Shown: one piece after another, positions 9,394 to 18,228 of the stretch
Layout: each line of letters starts with the position of its first letter
How positions within the stretch are numbered: position 1 is the stretch's first letter
Assembly: GCA_027451365.1 (NCBI GenBank)
Contig: DAIDJN010000063.1
Location: forward strand, 24,125 to 88,124
Origin: Phycisphaerales bacterium
GTDB taxonomy: Bacteria; Planctomycetota; Phycisphaerae; WQYP01
Direction of reading: 5' to 3'
DNA: 64,000 nt
Position numbers and translations under genes: made by a program
The notes under the pieces: model-generated
What the model was told of the DNA's origin: nothing
Database searches by the model: none
Seen by the model: the letters and a program-made list of their open reading frames with translations, nothing else

Positions 9394-12300
9394 GTGATTC
9401 AGCCGGCACCAGAATTCGACCACCCGCGGGCGCGACGTGGCGGAATACATAAAACCACCTGCTGCTATTGCGGCGTGGGGTGCGGCATTGAAATTCAGCG
9501 CGACCGCAGTGGCGAGCTTTCGCTGCGGGGCGATGCAAGCCATCCGGCGAACCATGGCATGCTGTGCGGCAAAGGTAAAACACTGCTGCATGTGGCGGCG
9601 AGCCGGGCGAATCGCCTGACGAATCCCTTGATGCGCGCGGATCGCCGCAGCGCCACAGGCGGTCCCGCCACACCAGTGACCTGGGACCATGCGATAGGGC
9701 ATATTGCCGGTGAATTCAAGCGGATTATTGGGACCCACGGGCCGGACGCGGTGGGATTTTACGGCTCGGGCCAATGCCTGACCGAAGAATATTACCTGAT
9801 CAACAAAATTGCCAAAGGATTTCTGGGAACCAATAATTTTGACACCAATTCACGCCTCTGCATGTCTGCGGCGGTAACCGGCTACAAACTGACGCTTGGA
9901 GCCGATGGGCCGCCAACGACCTACGCGGATATAGAGTTGGCCGACACATTTCTGGTGGCCGGCGCGAATCCTGCCTGGTGCCACCCGGTGCTTTTCCGTC
10001 GGATGGAAGCCCGCAAACAGTCGGATGCGAATGTAAAAGTAATTGTGGTCGACCCGCGGCGCACGGGCAGTTGCTCAATTGCGGACCTGCATCTGCAAAT
10101 TATACCTGGCACGGATGTGGCGCTTTATAACGCACTGGCTCGCGAATTGTGGAAAACGGGGCAACTGGACTGGAATTTTATAGAAAATCACACCACGGGC
10201 TGGCCGCAGATGGCCGCGGCCATAGAACCATATACCGCGGAAGCGGCGGCGCAGATCTGCGGAATTTCAGCAGCCGAAATACGAAAAGCGGCGGAATGGC
10301 TGGGCGGCAATCGACGCTTTTTAAGCCTGTGGACAATGGGACTAAACCAGTCTTCCCGGGGCGTGGATAAAAATATTGCACTCATTGCGCTGTCCCTGAT
10401 TACCGGGAAAATTTCCCGGCCCGGGTCAGGCCCGATGAGTCTGACCGGCCAGCCCAACGCCATGGGCGGCCGCGAAGTTGGCGGCATGGCGACACTTCTG
10501 CCCGCACATCGGGACATGGCCAATCCGCAACATCGGCAGGCGGTGGCCGATTACTGGAAAGTTAAGTCCCTACCCGCCAAAGCGGGCTTAGCAGCAGTGG
10601 AAATGTTTCAGGCGCTGGCCGAAGGCAAAATGAAAGCGATCTGGATTGTGGCCACCAATCCGCTGGTTTCGCTGCCGAATTCCTGGCAGGTGCAGGCCGC
10701 GCTGGAAAAGGCGGAACTGGTGGTGGTACAGGATATTTATGCCGGAGAAACCAGCGAGCTTGCGGATGTGATTCTGCCCGCGGCGACTTGGCTGGAAAAA
10801 ACAGGCACCATGACCAATGCGGAACGGCGGATAAGCCTGCTGGAAAAAGTCATTGATCCACCCGGATTGGCGCTGCCGGACGTGGAAATTCTGCTCCGTT
10901 TCGCCGATGCCATGGGTTGGGGCGAACATTTCCAACAGCGAACGCCGGCGGAAATTTTTGATCAGCATGTCGGCCTGACTGCGGGTACCGATGTGGACAT
11001 GACTGGATTGTCCCATAGTCTGCTGCAATCGCGCGGACCTGCGCAATGGCCGTTTCCGGCCGGCTCGGCCAAGGATCCGGCGATGGACAGCCGTCTTTAT
11101 GAAGATCACCAGTTCGCCACACCGGATGGACGCGCGCGATTGCATCCAATAGTCTACGCCCCGCCGGCGGAAACGCCGGATGTGGATTTCCCGCTGATAG
11201 TCACGACCGGGCGTGTGCGCGATCAGTGGCACACAATGACCAAAACGGGCCAAGTGGCGAAATTGCGACAACACACGCCGTCGCCGGCCTGCGACATTCA
11301 CCCGGATGACGCGACCCCGCGCGGCATTGGGGATGGGGACATGATCCGGCTGGTCAATCGGCGGGGCGAAATTTGTGTACCGGCGCGTCTGACCAGAGAC
11401 ATTCGCGCTGGAACGGTTTTTGTACCCATGCACTGGGGCCGTCGGGAAAACGAAGCCGCCGGACGCGTAAACAACCTCACCAGCCCAGCGCTGGATGTGC
11501 TATCCAGCCAGCCAGAACTGAAATTTGCCACCGTCAATGCCATCCGTTACACGCCGCCGCGGCGGAAAATTATTCTGGTCGGCGCCGGCGCGGCGGCCAT
11601 GGCGTTTATCCGCGCCCATCGGGCTTTTAATACGGAAGACCGCATACTGCTTTTCAGTGCGGAAAAAGAGCTGGTTTATAACCGCGTGATGCTTCCGATG
11701 TACATTAACGAATCCCGTGGCTGGCCGGAATTGCTGGTGGCGACAGCCGATGAACTTTCGGCATTGGGGGTGGAATTCCACCCGCAAATGGCAATCAGCC
11801 GCCTGGCCTTGGGAGAGAAAAAAATAATGACCGCCGCGGCGGCGGAACATGATTACGATGTGCTGATCCTGGCGACTGGTTCGCGCCCGCTTATCACGTG
11901 GCAAGGCCCCCTGCCGCAAACGGGGGTATATACCCTTCGTACCCGCGGCGATGCGGATCGGATATCCACCGATGCGCGGACCACACGGGAAGTTGCGATT
12001 ATCGGCGGCGGACTGCTGGGAATAGAACTGGCCGCGGCACTTAACGACCGCGGCCTGAACGTGACGCTGGTGCACAGATCGTCGCGGTTAATGAGCCGAC
12101 AGCTTGATTCGGTCGCCGCCGATCTGTTGAAACGCGAACTTATGGCGCGCGGCATAAGGGTCATATTGCGGTCCGAGTTGGCGGGTATTCAGGGGTTGCT
12201 GCGGCCGGAACATGTTCGGTTAAGCACCGGCGAAACACTGGCCGCGGGAATGGTGATATTTGCAACGGGGGTCGAACCGCGGGCCGACCTTGGTTGCGCC

Positions 12301-13005
12301 GCGGGCCTGAAAACCGCCCAGGGAATATGCGTGGATGAATTCCTGCGGACCAGCCATCCGGATGTTTTCGCCATGGGAGAATGCGCTCAGCTGCAGGGCC
12401 ACCTTTTCGGCACGACGGCCGCGGCCCAGGCGCACGCGCGGGCGCTGGCCGAATACCTGCGCGGCAATGTGCATGCGCCATTCCGGCATGTTCCCGCGGG
12501 CAATGTGTTAAAAATCTCGGATTTTCAACTGGCCAGCGCCGGCGAAACCGACCCCGCGGATTCCGCGGAAACCCAGGTGATCAGTCTGACGGATATGGCG
12601 CGCGGCTATTACCAGAAATGTGTGATTCGGCAGGATCGGCTGGTGGGAATGGTCATGGTGGGTGATACAAGCCGCTATCCGGAATGGCTGAAACTATTGC
12701 AGGAGGGCACGGAACTCGAATCTCTGCGCGGCGGGCTTCTGCGGCCCGGTGCCACACCGCCCGTGTCCGTGGAAGGCAAACTGGTATGCAGTTGCCATCA
12801 GATTGGTGAGCAAACAATCCGCCGGTGCGCCAGCCAGCCGGCCGCAACTCTGGCCGGCGTGGTGCGGGCAACGCAAGCCGGCAGCGCCTGCGGAAGCTGT
12901 CGACCGGAAATTTCCGCGATTCTGGCCCAATGTGCGGAAAGACCGCCGGAATCAGCACCTCCGGCAACGGCATTCCGGTCAGTGGCGTTGGGCGTGGCAG
13001 GTTAG
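9394..13005 (+). CDS. nasA: Assimilatory nitrate reductase, fused catalytic molybdopterin subunit + NAD(P)H-FAD reductase module + BFD-like 2Fe-2S domain
   Basis: GTG start with GGAG upstream. N-terminal CCYCGVGCGI 4Fe-4S motif and molybdopterin oxidoreductase domains run to about aa 700. Then RKIILVGAGAAAMAFIRAH...IIGGGLLGIELAA, a pyridine-nucleotide-disulfide oxidoreductase like the NirB N-terminus. Then a C-terminal CSCHQIGEQTIRRC...AGSACGSCRPEI BFD-like domain. Confidence 0.85.
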   Translation: MIQPAPEFDHPRARRGGIHKTTCCYCGVGCGIEIQRDRSGELSLRGDASHPANHGMLCGKGKTLLHVAASRANRLTNPLMRADRRSATGGPATPVTWDHAIGHIAGEFKRIIGTHGPDAVGFYGSGQCLTEEYYLINKIAKGFLGTNNFDTNSRLCMSAAVTGYKLTLGADGPPTTYADIELADTFLVAGANPAWCHPVLFRRMEARKQSDANVKVIVVDPRRTGSCSIADLHLQIIPGTDVALYNALARELWKTGQLDWNFIENHTTGWPQMAAAIEPYTAEAAAQICGISAAEIRKAAEWLGGNRRFLSLWTMGLNQSSRGVDKNIALIALSLITGKISRPGSGPMSLTGQPNAMGGREVGGMATLLPAHRDMANPQHRQAVADYWKVKSLPAKAGLAAVEMFQALAEGKMKAIWIVATNPLVSLPNSWQVQAALEKAELVVVQDIYAGETSELADVILPAATWLEKTGTMTNAERRISLLEKVIDPPGLALPDVEILLRFADAMGWGEHFQQRTPAEIFDQHVGLTAGTDVDMTGLSHSLLQSRGPAQWPFPAGSAKDPAMDSRLYEDHQFATPDGRARLHPIVYAPPAETPDVDFPLIVTTGRVRDQWHTMTKTGQVAKLRQHTPSPACDIHPDDATPRGIGDGDMIRLVNRRGEICVPARLTRDIRAGTVFVPMHWGRRENEAAGRVNNLTSPALDVLSSQPELKFATVNAIRYTPPRRKIILVGAGAAAMAFIRAHRAFNTEDRILLFSAEKELVYNRVMLPMYINESRGWPELLVATADELSALGVEFHPQMAISRLALGEKKIMTAAAAEHDYDVLILATGSRPLITWQGPLPQTGVYTLRTRGDADRISTDARTTREVAIIGGGLLGIELAAALNDRGLNVTLVHRSSRLMSRQLDSVAADLLKRELMARGIRVILRSELAGIQGLLRPEHVRLSTGETLAAGMVIFATGVEPRADLGCAAGLKTAQGICVDEFLRTSHPDVFAMGECAQLQGHLFGTTAAAQAHARALAEYLRGNVHAPFRHVPAGNVLKISDFQLASAGETDPADSAETQVISLTDMARGYYQKCVIRQDRLVGMVMVGDTSRYPEWLKLLQEGTELESLRGGLLRPGATPPVSVEGKLVCSCHQIGEQTIRRCASQPAATLAGVVRATQAGSACGSCRPEISAILAQCAERPPESAPPATAFRSVALGVAG

Positions 13006-13096
13006 CGGCATGGCCGGGGCCAGACGCGCCAACCGGTCGCCGCGGGAGTTGTGCAACTTGCGAACAATCAGCGTACGACGGCAGCGCGGACCGGGC

Positions 13097-14131
13097 ATGA
13101 ATTTGATACAATTTTATCCATCAGTAGGCCCGCAGGGCAAAGGAGTCCGTTTGCCGCATGAGATGACCAATCGGAGGATTCGGTACCTGCGCCTGTCTTT
13201 GACACAGGCTTGCCAGATGCGGTGCGTCTATTGCCGACCCGATTTTCACACCAATGCCAATGCGTACGACCTTAAGCCCGTTGAACTCGAACAGTTGGTG
13301 AAGCATCTGGTGGACCGCCATGGTGTGCAAAAAGTCCGCCTGACCGGCGGTGACCCGACCGCAAGACCTGAATTACTGGAAATTATGTCGCGCATTAGCC
13401 GCCTGCGAACGCCGGAAAATCAGCGGTTGGAACTGGGCATGACAACCAATGGGCTGTCGCTGGTCAGCCACGCGCGCCACTATGCCGCGGCCGGCCTGCA
13501 GAGGGTGAATGTGAGTCTGGATTCGCTGGATGGCGACACGTTTCATCAAGTCACGGGGGTTGATGCGCTGCCGCGGGTGCTGGCGGGAATTGAAGCAGCA
13601 GTCGCCGCCGGATTAACGCCGCTGAAAATAAATTGTGTGGTGTTGCGCGGCTTGAACGACGGCCAATTGCCGGAACTTCTGCAATTTGCTGCCACACGCG
13701 GGCTGGAATTACGCCTGATAGAAATGATGCCGATGGGGCCGCTGAAATTACGGTGGCAAAGCCTGTACATGCCGGAGGCGGAAATACGAAAAATTCTGGA
13801 ACCGGAAGTGGACTGCTGGCGGCCGCTGGTGCAGGGGGCGGATAGTGCGCGGAATTACCGGGTTATCACACGCCAGGGCCAGGCGGTAACGCTGGGCTTT
13901 ATTACGCCGATGAGCTGCAATTTTTGTGCCCATTGCGACCGGCTGCGCATCACCGCCGACGGGCGGGTTTTCCCATGCCTGATGGACGAACCACGCGGGT
14001 CACTTCTTTCGGCGCTGCGGCCAACCTTTAACGCGACGGAATTCGATCAGATTCTGACCCGGGCCTATGAACGCAAGATGCCGGAGCATCCGGCGTGGGG
14101 CCATACCATGATGACCCAGTTGGGAGGTTGA
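13097..14131 (+). CDS. moaA: GTP 3',8-cyclase (radical SAM)
   Basis: YLRLSLTQACQMRCVYCRP is the CxxxCxxC radical-SAM motif with the MoaA N-terminal signature; C-terminal CNFCAHCDRLRITADG is the auxiliary cluster. The start is ambiguous between the ATG at 13097 and the ATG at 13163 (AGGAG lies 17 nt upstream of the latter). Confidence 0.85.
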   Translation: MNLIQFYPSVGPQGKGVRLPHEMTNRRIRYLRLSLTQACQMRCVYCRPDFHTNANAYDLKPVELEQLVKHLVDRHGVQKVRLTGGDPTARPELLEIMSRISRLRTPENQRLELGMTTNGLSLVSHARHYAAAGLQRVNVSLDSLDGDTFHQVTGVDALPRVLAGIEAAVAAGLTPLKINCVVLRGLNDGQLPELLQFAATRGLELRLIEMMPMGPLKLRWQSLYMPEAEIRKILEPEVDCWRPLVQGADSARNYRVITRQGQAVTLGFITPMSCNFCAHCDRLRITADGRVFPCLMDEPRGSLLSALRPTFNATEFDQILTRAYERKMPEHPAWGHTMMTQLGG

Positions 14132-14499
14132 TGATGATCCCGAAATCTGAAAAGTCCGGGCCGACACCGCCGGAAAATGTTCCGGCGACTTTCAAGGCGT
14201 TTTTACGCAAATTTCCCGCGTTGGGGAATGCCCATGAAAATATTGCCCGCGCGGTGGATGCAGCCGGACCTGTGGATCCCAAAACGCGTGAATTAATTAA
14301 AATGGGTATCTGCATGGGCGCGGGGTTGGAATCGGCGTTCCGTTCGCATGTGCGCCGCGCCGCCGCCCATGGCGCAACAGAAGCGGAAATTGAACAGACT
14401 GTTTTAATGGCCATGAACACGGTCGGTTTTCCGCGCACCGTCGCGGCGTGGCAATGGGCATTGCAGCAACTGCAGCGCGACAGCGCGGAGGGCGGATGA
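14131..14499 (+). CDS. Carboxymuconolactone decarboxylase (CMD/AhpD-like) family protein
   Basis: MMIPKSEKSG...TRELIKMGICMGAGLESAFRSHVRRAAAHGATEAEIEQTVLMAMNTVGFPRT is the CMD/AhpD-like helical core. GGGAGG is 4 nt upstream. Its ATG overlaps the moaA stop. Confidence 0.6.
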   Translation: MMIPKSEKSGPTPPENVPATFKAFLRKFPALGNAHENIARAVDAAGPVDPKTRELIKMGICMGAGLESAFRSHVRRAAAHGATEAEIEQTVLMAMNTVGFPRTVAAWQWALQQLQRDSAEGG

Positions 14500-14753
14500 A
14501 AGCGCGCCGCCTGACGATCAGACTTTTTGGCCCGCAGGCCAAAGCCATCGGCGCGCCGCTGGTCTGCGTGCATGTGGCCGCTGATACGGTTTCTTGTGGC
14601 GCACTGCGCCAGGCCCTGGCGGACCAGCATCCGGCACTGGCCCAAAGCGTTGCCATAAGCCGCTTGGCGGTGAATTGCGCTTTTGTGCCGGATGATGCCG
14701 TGGTTTGCGGTTCAGAGGAAATTGCGCTGATTGGCCAGGTGAGCGGCGGATGA
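14496..14753 (+). CDS. moaD: Molybdopterin synthase sulfur-carrier subunit
   Basis: About 85 aa ending in ...QVSGG (the C-terminal Gly-Gly of MoaD/ThiS-like carriers). The internal start MKARRLTIRLFGPQA overlaps the upstream stop by 4 nt. Confidence 0.8.
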   Translation: MKARRLTIRLFGPQAKAIGAPLVCVHVAADTVSCGALRQALADQHPALAQSVAISRLAVNCAFVPDDAVVCGSEEIALIGQVSGG

Positions 14754-15166
14754 TTGATTCAATGCTATTTCATGTGCAGGTAGTGGACGGGCCGATACCG
14801 GAAAGCGCGCCGCGGCCGCCGGCGGGCACCGGCGCGATGCTGGAATTCCGTGGTGTGGTCCGGCCCCAGGAGGACGGTCGAAAGATAACCGGATTGAATT
14901 ACCAGACATATGATCCGATGGCGCAAAAGCAACTCGAACGGCTGGCCGAGGAAACCGCGAAGCGGTTTGCCCTTACAAGCATACATGTGGTGCATAGCCG
15001 CGGATTTGTGGGAGCCGGATTCTGTTCCCTGTGGATTGCGCTGGCGGCGGTGCGCCGCAAAGCCTGCCTTGGCGCGATGGACTGGCTGATAGACCAGATC
15101 AAGGCCGACGTGCCAATATGGAAATCAGCGGTATTTGCGGACGAATCGCAGGCGGGCCAACCATGA
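14750..15166 (+). CDS. moaE: Molybdopterin synthase catalytic subunit
   Basis: MIDSMLFHVQVVDGPI...AMLEFRGVVR...ITGLNYQTYDPMAQKQL is the MoaE family; it overlaps the moaD stop by 4 nt. Confidence 0.8.
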   Translation: MIDSMLFHVQVVDGPIPESAPRPPAGTGAMLEFRGVVRPQEDGRKITGLNYQTYDPMAQKQLERLAEETAKRFALTSIHVVHSRGFVGAGFCSLWIALAAVRRKACLGAMDWLIDQIKADVPIWKSAVFADESQAGQP

Positions 15167-16416
15167 CCAGCCCACCGGCACAAACCCAACCGCGTGCCAC
15201 CGCGGGAGTGGATTCAACCGGGCATCCGCGCGACGTTTTTGGCCGACTGGCGGATCTGACGAAAGCTACGCAGTCCATTATTCTGCCCGTGGAAACGGCT
15301 GTGGGAATGATCACCGCCGAGCCGCTGAAGGCCGACCGCGACAGCCCTCCTTTTGATGCCAGCGCCGTGGATGGATTTGCCGTTTCCCGCGATATACTTA
15401 ATAATGTCAATACTACCATACCATTAGCGCCCTCGGCCGTGGCGATGGGCTGTGCCCCGCCGGATCTGCCGCCCGGCCACGCGATTTGCGTCCCGACGGG
15501 CGGACCGGTACCCGCTGGTGCGTGCGCCGTTATTCCGCTGGAGGATGTGATTCAGCAGGCGGGCGGCATTCTGATACGGCCGGGCGCGGACAATCCGCGG
15601 TATACCAACATCCGAAAGCAGGGAGAGAATGCCCGCGCCGGGGATGTTGTTCTGGCCGCCGGTCGCGTGATTCACCCGGCGGTGGCCGCGGGACTGGCCG
15701 CATTTGGCCGCACACACATTGCGGTTCATACACCGGTGAATGTCACCCTGATTATCACGGGCGACGAGCTGATGTCCCCCAATGCGGTGGAGGTGCCGCA
15801 TTGGCACATAAGAGATTCCAACGGGCCGGGCCTGCGGGCGGCCGTAGGGGCGTTGAAATGGCTAAACCTGCGGCGGCTGGTGCGGGTACCGGACAACCTG
15901 GAGAGCCTGCGCGCGGCACTGCACGATGCCTTGGCGGATTGCCAATGCATTATTCTGACGGGCGGCGTGTCGGTGGGCGCACGGGATTTTGCCCGTCCGG
16001 CGATTGAATCGGTCGGCGGCAAGGTGCAATTCCATCGGCTGGCAATAAAACCGGGGCGGCCGGTGCTTGGTGCCATCGGGCCGGCCGGACAAAGCATTTT
16101 CGGCCTGCCGGGAAATCCGGTATCCGCGCAGGTGCTTTTCCGGGCATTCGTTCTGGATGTACTGGCCAGACAGGCCGGGCTGACTGAAGTGCCGGGGGCC
16201 GACGCTTTGCTGCATTTAACCGAGCCGACGGACAGCCTTCCGACGATGCACTGGTTTCGTCCGGTTCGGCGGCTTGGATTGGACCGCGCAGTCTGTCTGG
16301 CCGGTCACGGCTCCGGCGATATACCGATGATGGCCGGTTCCGACGGCTTTGTGGAAATTTGCCCTGGCGCGGCGGGTTCAGGCCCTTATCCGTTCTACCG
16401 ATGGAGTGGCTCATGA
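15163..16416 (+). CDS. moeA: Molybdopterin molybdotransferase
   Basis: PFDASAVDGFAV and GGVSVGARDF motifs of MoeA/gephyrin E-domain; overlaps the moaE stop. Confidence 0.85.
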   Translation: MTSPPAQTQPRATAGVDSTGHPRDVFGRLADLTKATQSIILPVETAVGMITAEPLKADRDSPPFDASAVDGFAVSRDILNNVNTTIPLAPSAVAMGCAPPDLPPGHAICVPTGGPVPAGACAVIPLEDVIQQAGGILIRPGADNPRYTNIRKQGENARAGDVVLAAGRVIHPAVAAGLAAFGRTHIAVHTPVNVTLIITGDELMSPNAVEVPHWHIRDSNGPGLRAAVGALKWLNLRRLVRVPDNLESLRAALHDALADCQCIILTGGVSVGARDFARPAIESVGGKVQFHRLAIKPGRPVLGAIGPAGQSIFGLPGNPVSAQVLFRAFVLDVLARQAGLTEVPGADALLHLTEPTDSLPTMHWFRPVRRLGLDRAVCLAGHGSGDIPMMAGSDGFVEICPGAAGSGPYPFYRWSGS

Positions 16417-16922
16417 AAAAACGCACCGCAAAAAAGCTCAGCCATATCAATGCGAATCATCAGGCGGCGATGGTGGATGTGGGCCAAAAGCCGATCACCG
16501 CCCGCACGGCCACCGCCGCGGGCACGGTACACATAAGCCCGGCGCTGGCCAGCGCGATTCGTCGCAACCTGTTGGCCAAAGGAGATGTTCTGGCCACCGC
16601 CCGGCTGGCGGGTATTATGGCATGCAAACGAACGGCGGAAATAATTCCACTCTGCCACAGCATTCCTCTGGAAATAATTGAGGTGCAGGTGGCCCTGCGC
16701 CGGGGGGTGGTGCATATTCAGGCAACGGTGCGCGCCTGCTGGAAAACCGGCGTGGAAATGGAGGCCCTTGTCGCGGTTACCGCGGCGGCTTTAACGGTGT
16801 ACGACATGGGCAAAGCGGTGGATCGCGGCATGGTGATTGGCAGCATTCGCCTGCTGACTAAAACTGGCGGCACCCGGGGGGACTACCGCGCGCCGGATAC
16901 AGCATCAGGAGCGGCACCATGA
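16413..16922 (+). CDS. moaC: Cyclic pyranopterin monophosphate synthase
   Basis: SHINANHQAAMVDVGQKPITARTA...IPLCHSIPL is the MoaC signature; overlaps the moeA stop. Confidence 0.85.
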   Translation: MKKRTAKKLSHINANHQAAMVDVGQKPITARTATAAGTVHISPALASAIRRNLLAKGDVLATARLAGIMACKRTAEIIPLCHSIPLEIIEVQVALRRGVVHIQATVRACWKTGVEMEALVAVTAAALTVYDMGKAVDRGMVIGSIRLLTKTGGTRGDYRAPDTASGAAP

Positions 16923-17458
16923 ACGACCGGGAATTGTCCATCGCCGTTCTGACCTGTTCAGACCGCTGCTTCGCCGGCAACACCATGAACACCGGTGGGC
17001 CGGCAGTGGCGCAAGCCGCTGTGCGGATTCTGGGTGGCCAGGTAGTCGCGGAATGCTGTGTACCCGATAATCAGGCGGCCATTTGTGAACAGTTGCGCCG
17101 TTGGACTCAGACGGGAGCCGAGATTCAACCGGATATCATATTTACCACCGGCGGGACCGGACTTGCGCCGCGGGATGTTACGCCGGAAGCCACGCTGGCC
17201 GTGCTGGACCGGCGGTGCGCCGGCCTTATGGAACTCGCCCGGCTGCGCTGCATGGGCAAAAATCCACGGGCCTGCCTTTCACGCGGGGAAGCGGGCACCG
17301 TGGGACAGCAACTGATTATCAACCTTCCCGGATCGCCGCGCGGCGCGGTGGAAATGATCGAGGCGCTGGCCGATATTCTGCCCCATGCGCTGGGCGTATT
17401 GCACGGCCAGGACAATCATCCGGACAGCCGCGTGCCTCCACCACACGCGGAGCCTTAA
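16919..17458 (+). CDS. MogA/MoaB-family molybdopterin adenylyltransferase
   Basis: SIAVLTCSDRCFAG...DIIFTTGGTGLAPRDVTPEA is the MogA/MoaB fold (GGTG motif); overlaps the moaC stop. Confidence 0.75.
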   Translation: MNDRELSIAVLTCSDRCFAGNTMNTGGPAVAQAAVRILGGQVVAECCVPDNQAAICEQLRRWTQTGAEIQPDIIFTTGGTGLAPRDVTPEATLAVLDRRCAGLMELARLRCMGKNPRACLSRGEAGTVGQQLIINLPGSPRGAVEMIEALADILPHALGVLHGQDNHPDSRVPPPHAEP

Positions 17459-18088
17459 ATGATTCAGCCGATTGCATGCATTCTGGCTGGCGGCCGCAGC
17501 AGCCGATTTGGTTCGGATAAAGCGCGGGCGCGGATTGGCGATGCCGTGCAGATTGTGCGTGTGGCCCGCGCAATCGAACCGTTCGCATCCGAAGTGATTA
17601 TCGCCGCCGAAACCGCCGGTAAATATGCGGACCTTGGCCTGAAAACCATTGCCGATCACGCGCCGCGCCAGGGGCCGGCGGGCGGCCTGCGGACAGCGCT
17701 GGAATATGCCGGGCCGGACCGGTGCGTGCTGCTAGTTTCCTGCGACCTTCTGGAAATTCGTCCGCAATGGCTGCAACGGTTAATTCTGGCGGCGGAAAAT
17801 TATTTTCCAGCCTGCTCCGCGGTTGACGCCGCGACACCCGCACCGCGAGCCGTGGCATTCCGACATACGCATTGGGAACCGCTGGTGGCGATGTACCACG
17901 GCAGCGCGTTGCGGCGAATAGCTCGCCATTCCGGCGTTGCCGAGGGGCATTCCTCGGCGACCATCGGCTTTTCCGGGCCGCTCTGGCGGATTCTTGAAAC
18001 ACTTGATGCGGTGGCATTGCCGCTGCCAATCGACTGGCCGGCCAGGGTGCAATTCAATTCACCACTGGAATTGCCGCAGGAGGGTTAA
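17459..18088 (+). CDS. mobA: Molybdenum cofactor guanylyltransferase
   Basis: ACILAGGRSSRFGSDKA is the MobA nucleotide-binding N-terminus (LAGGxSxRMG-like); it starts 1 nt after the mogA stop. Confidence 0.8.
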   Translation: MIQPIACILAGGRSSRFGSDKARARIGDAVQIVRVARAIEPFASEVIIAAETAGKYADLGLKTIADHAPRQGPAGGLRTALEYAGPDRCVLLVSCDLLEIRPQWLQRLILAAENYFPACSAVDAATPAPRAVAFRHTHWEPLVAMYHGSALRRIARHSGVAEGHSSATIGFSGPLWRILETLDAVALPLPIDWPARVQFNSPLELPQEG

Positions 18089-18228
18089 ACCGGCTCCTGC
18101 GGGATGCGAACGGCCGGAATTAAAAAGTTTTTTTTGCGGATGGTCAGGAAAAAGTCGCAAAGTCCGGCGGGATGCGATATTATTCCTGCCGAGGGTGGCA
18201 TGAAAATTTGAAGGGATGCGTTGGCACT

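Noticed and set aside
10588-11433. 281-aa minus-strand ORF inside nasA
   Set aside because: It is fully embedded antisense in the molybdopterin domain region of nasA, with no motifs. Other shadow ORFs of the same kind are 11500..12075, 18409..19575 (opposite gltA), 19403..20245 (opposite the AKR) and 22164..22931 (opposite the GT3-like gene).
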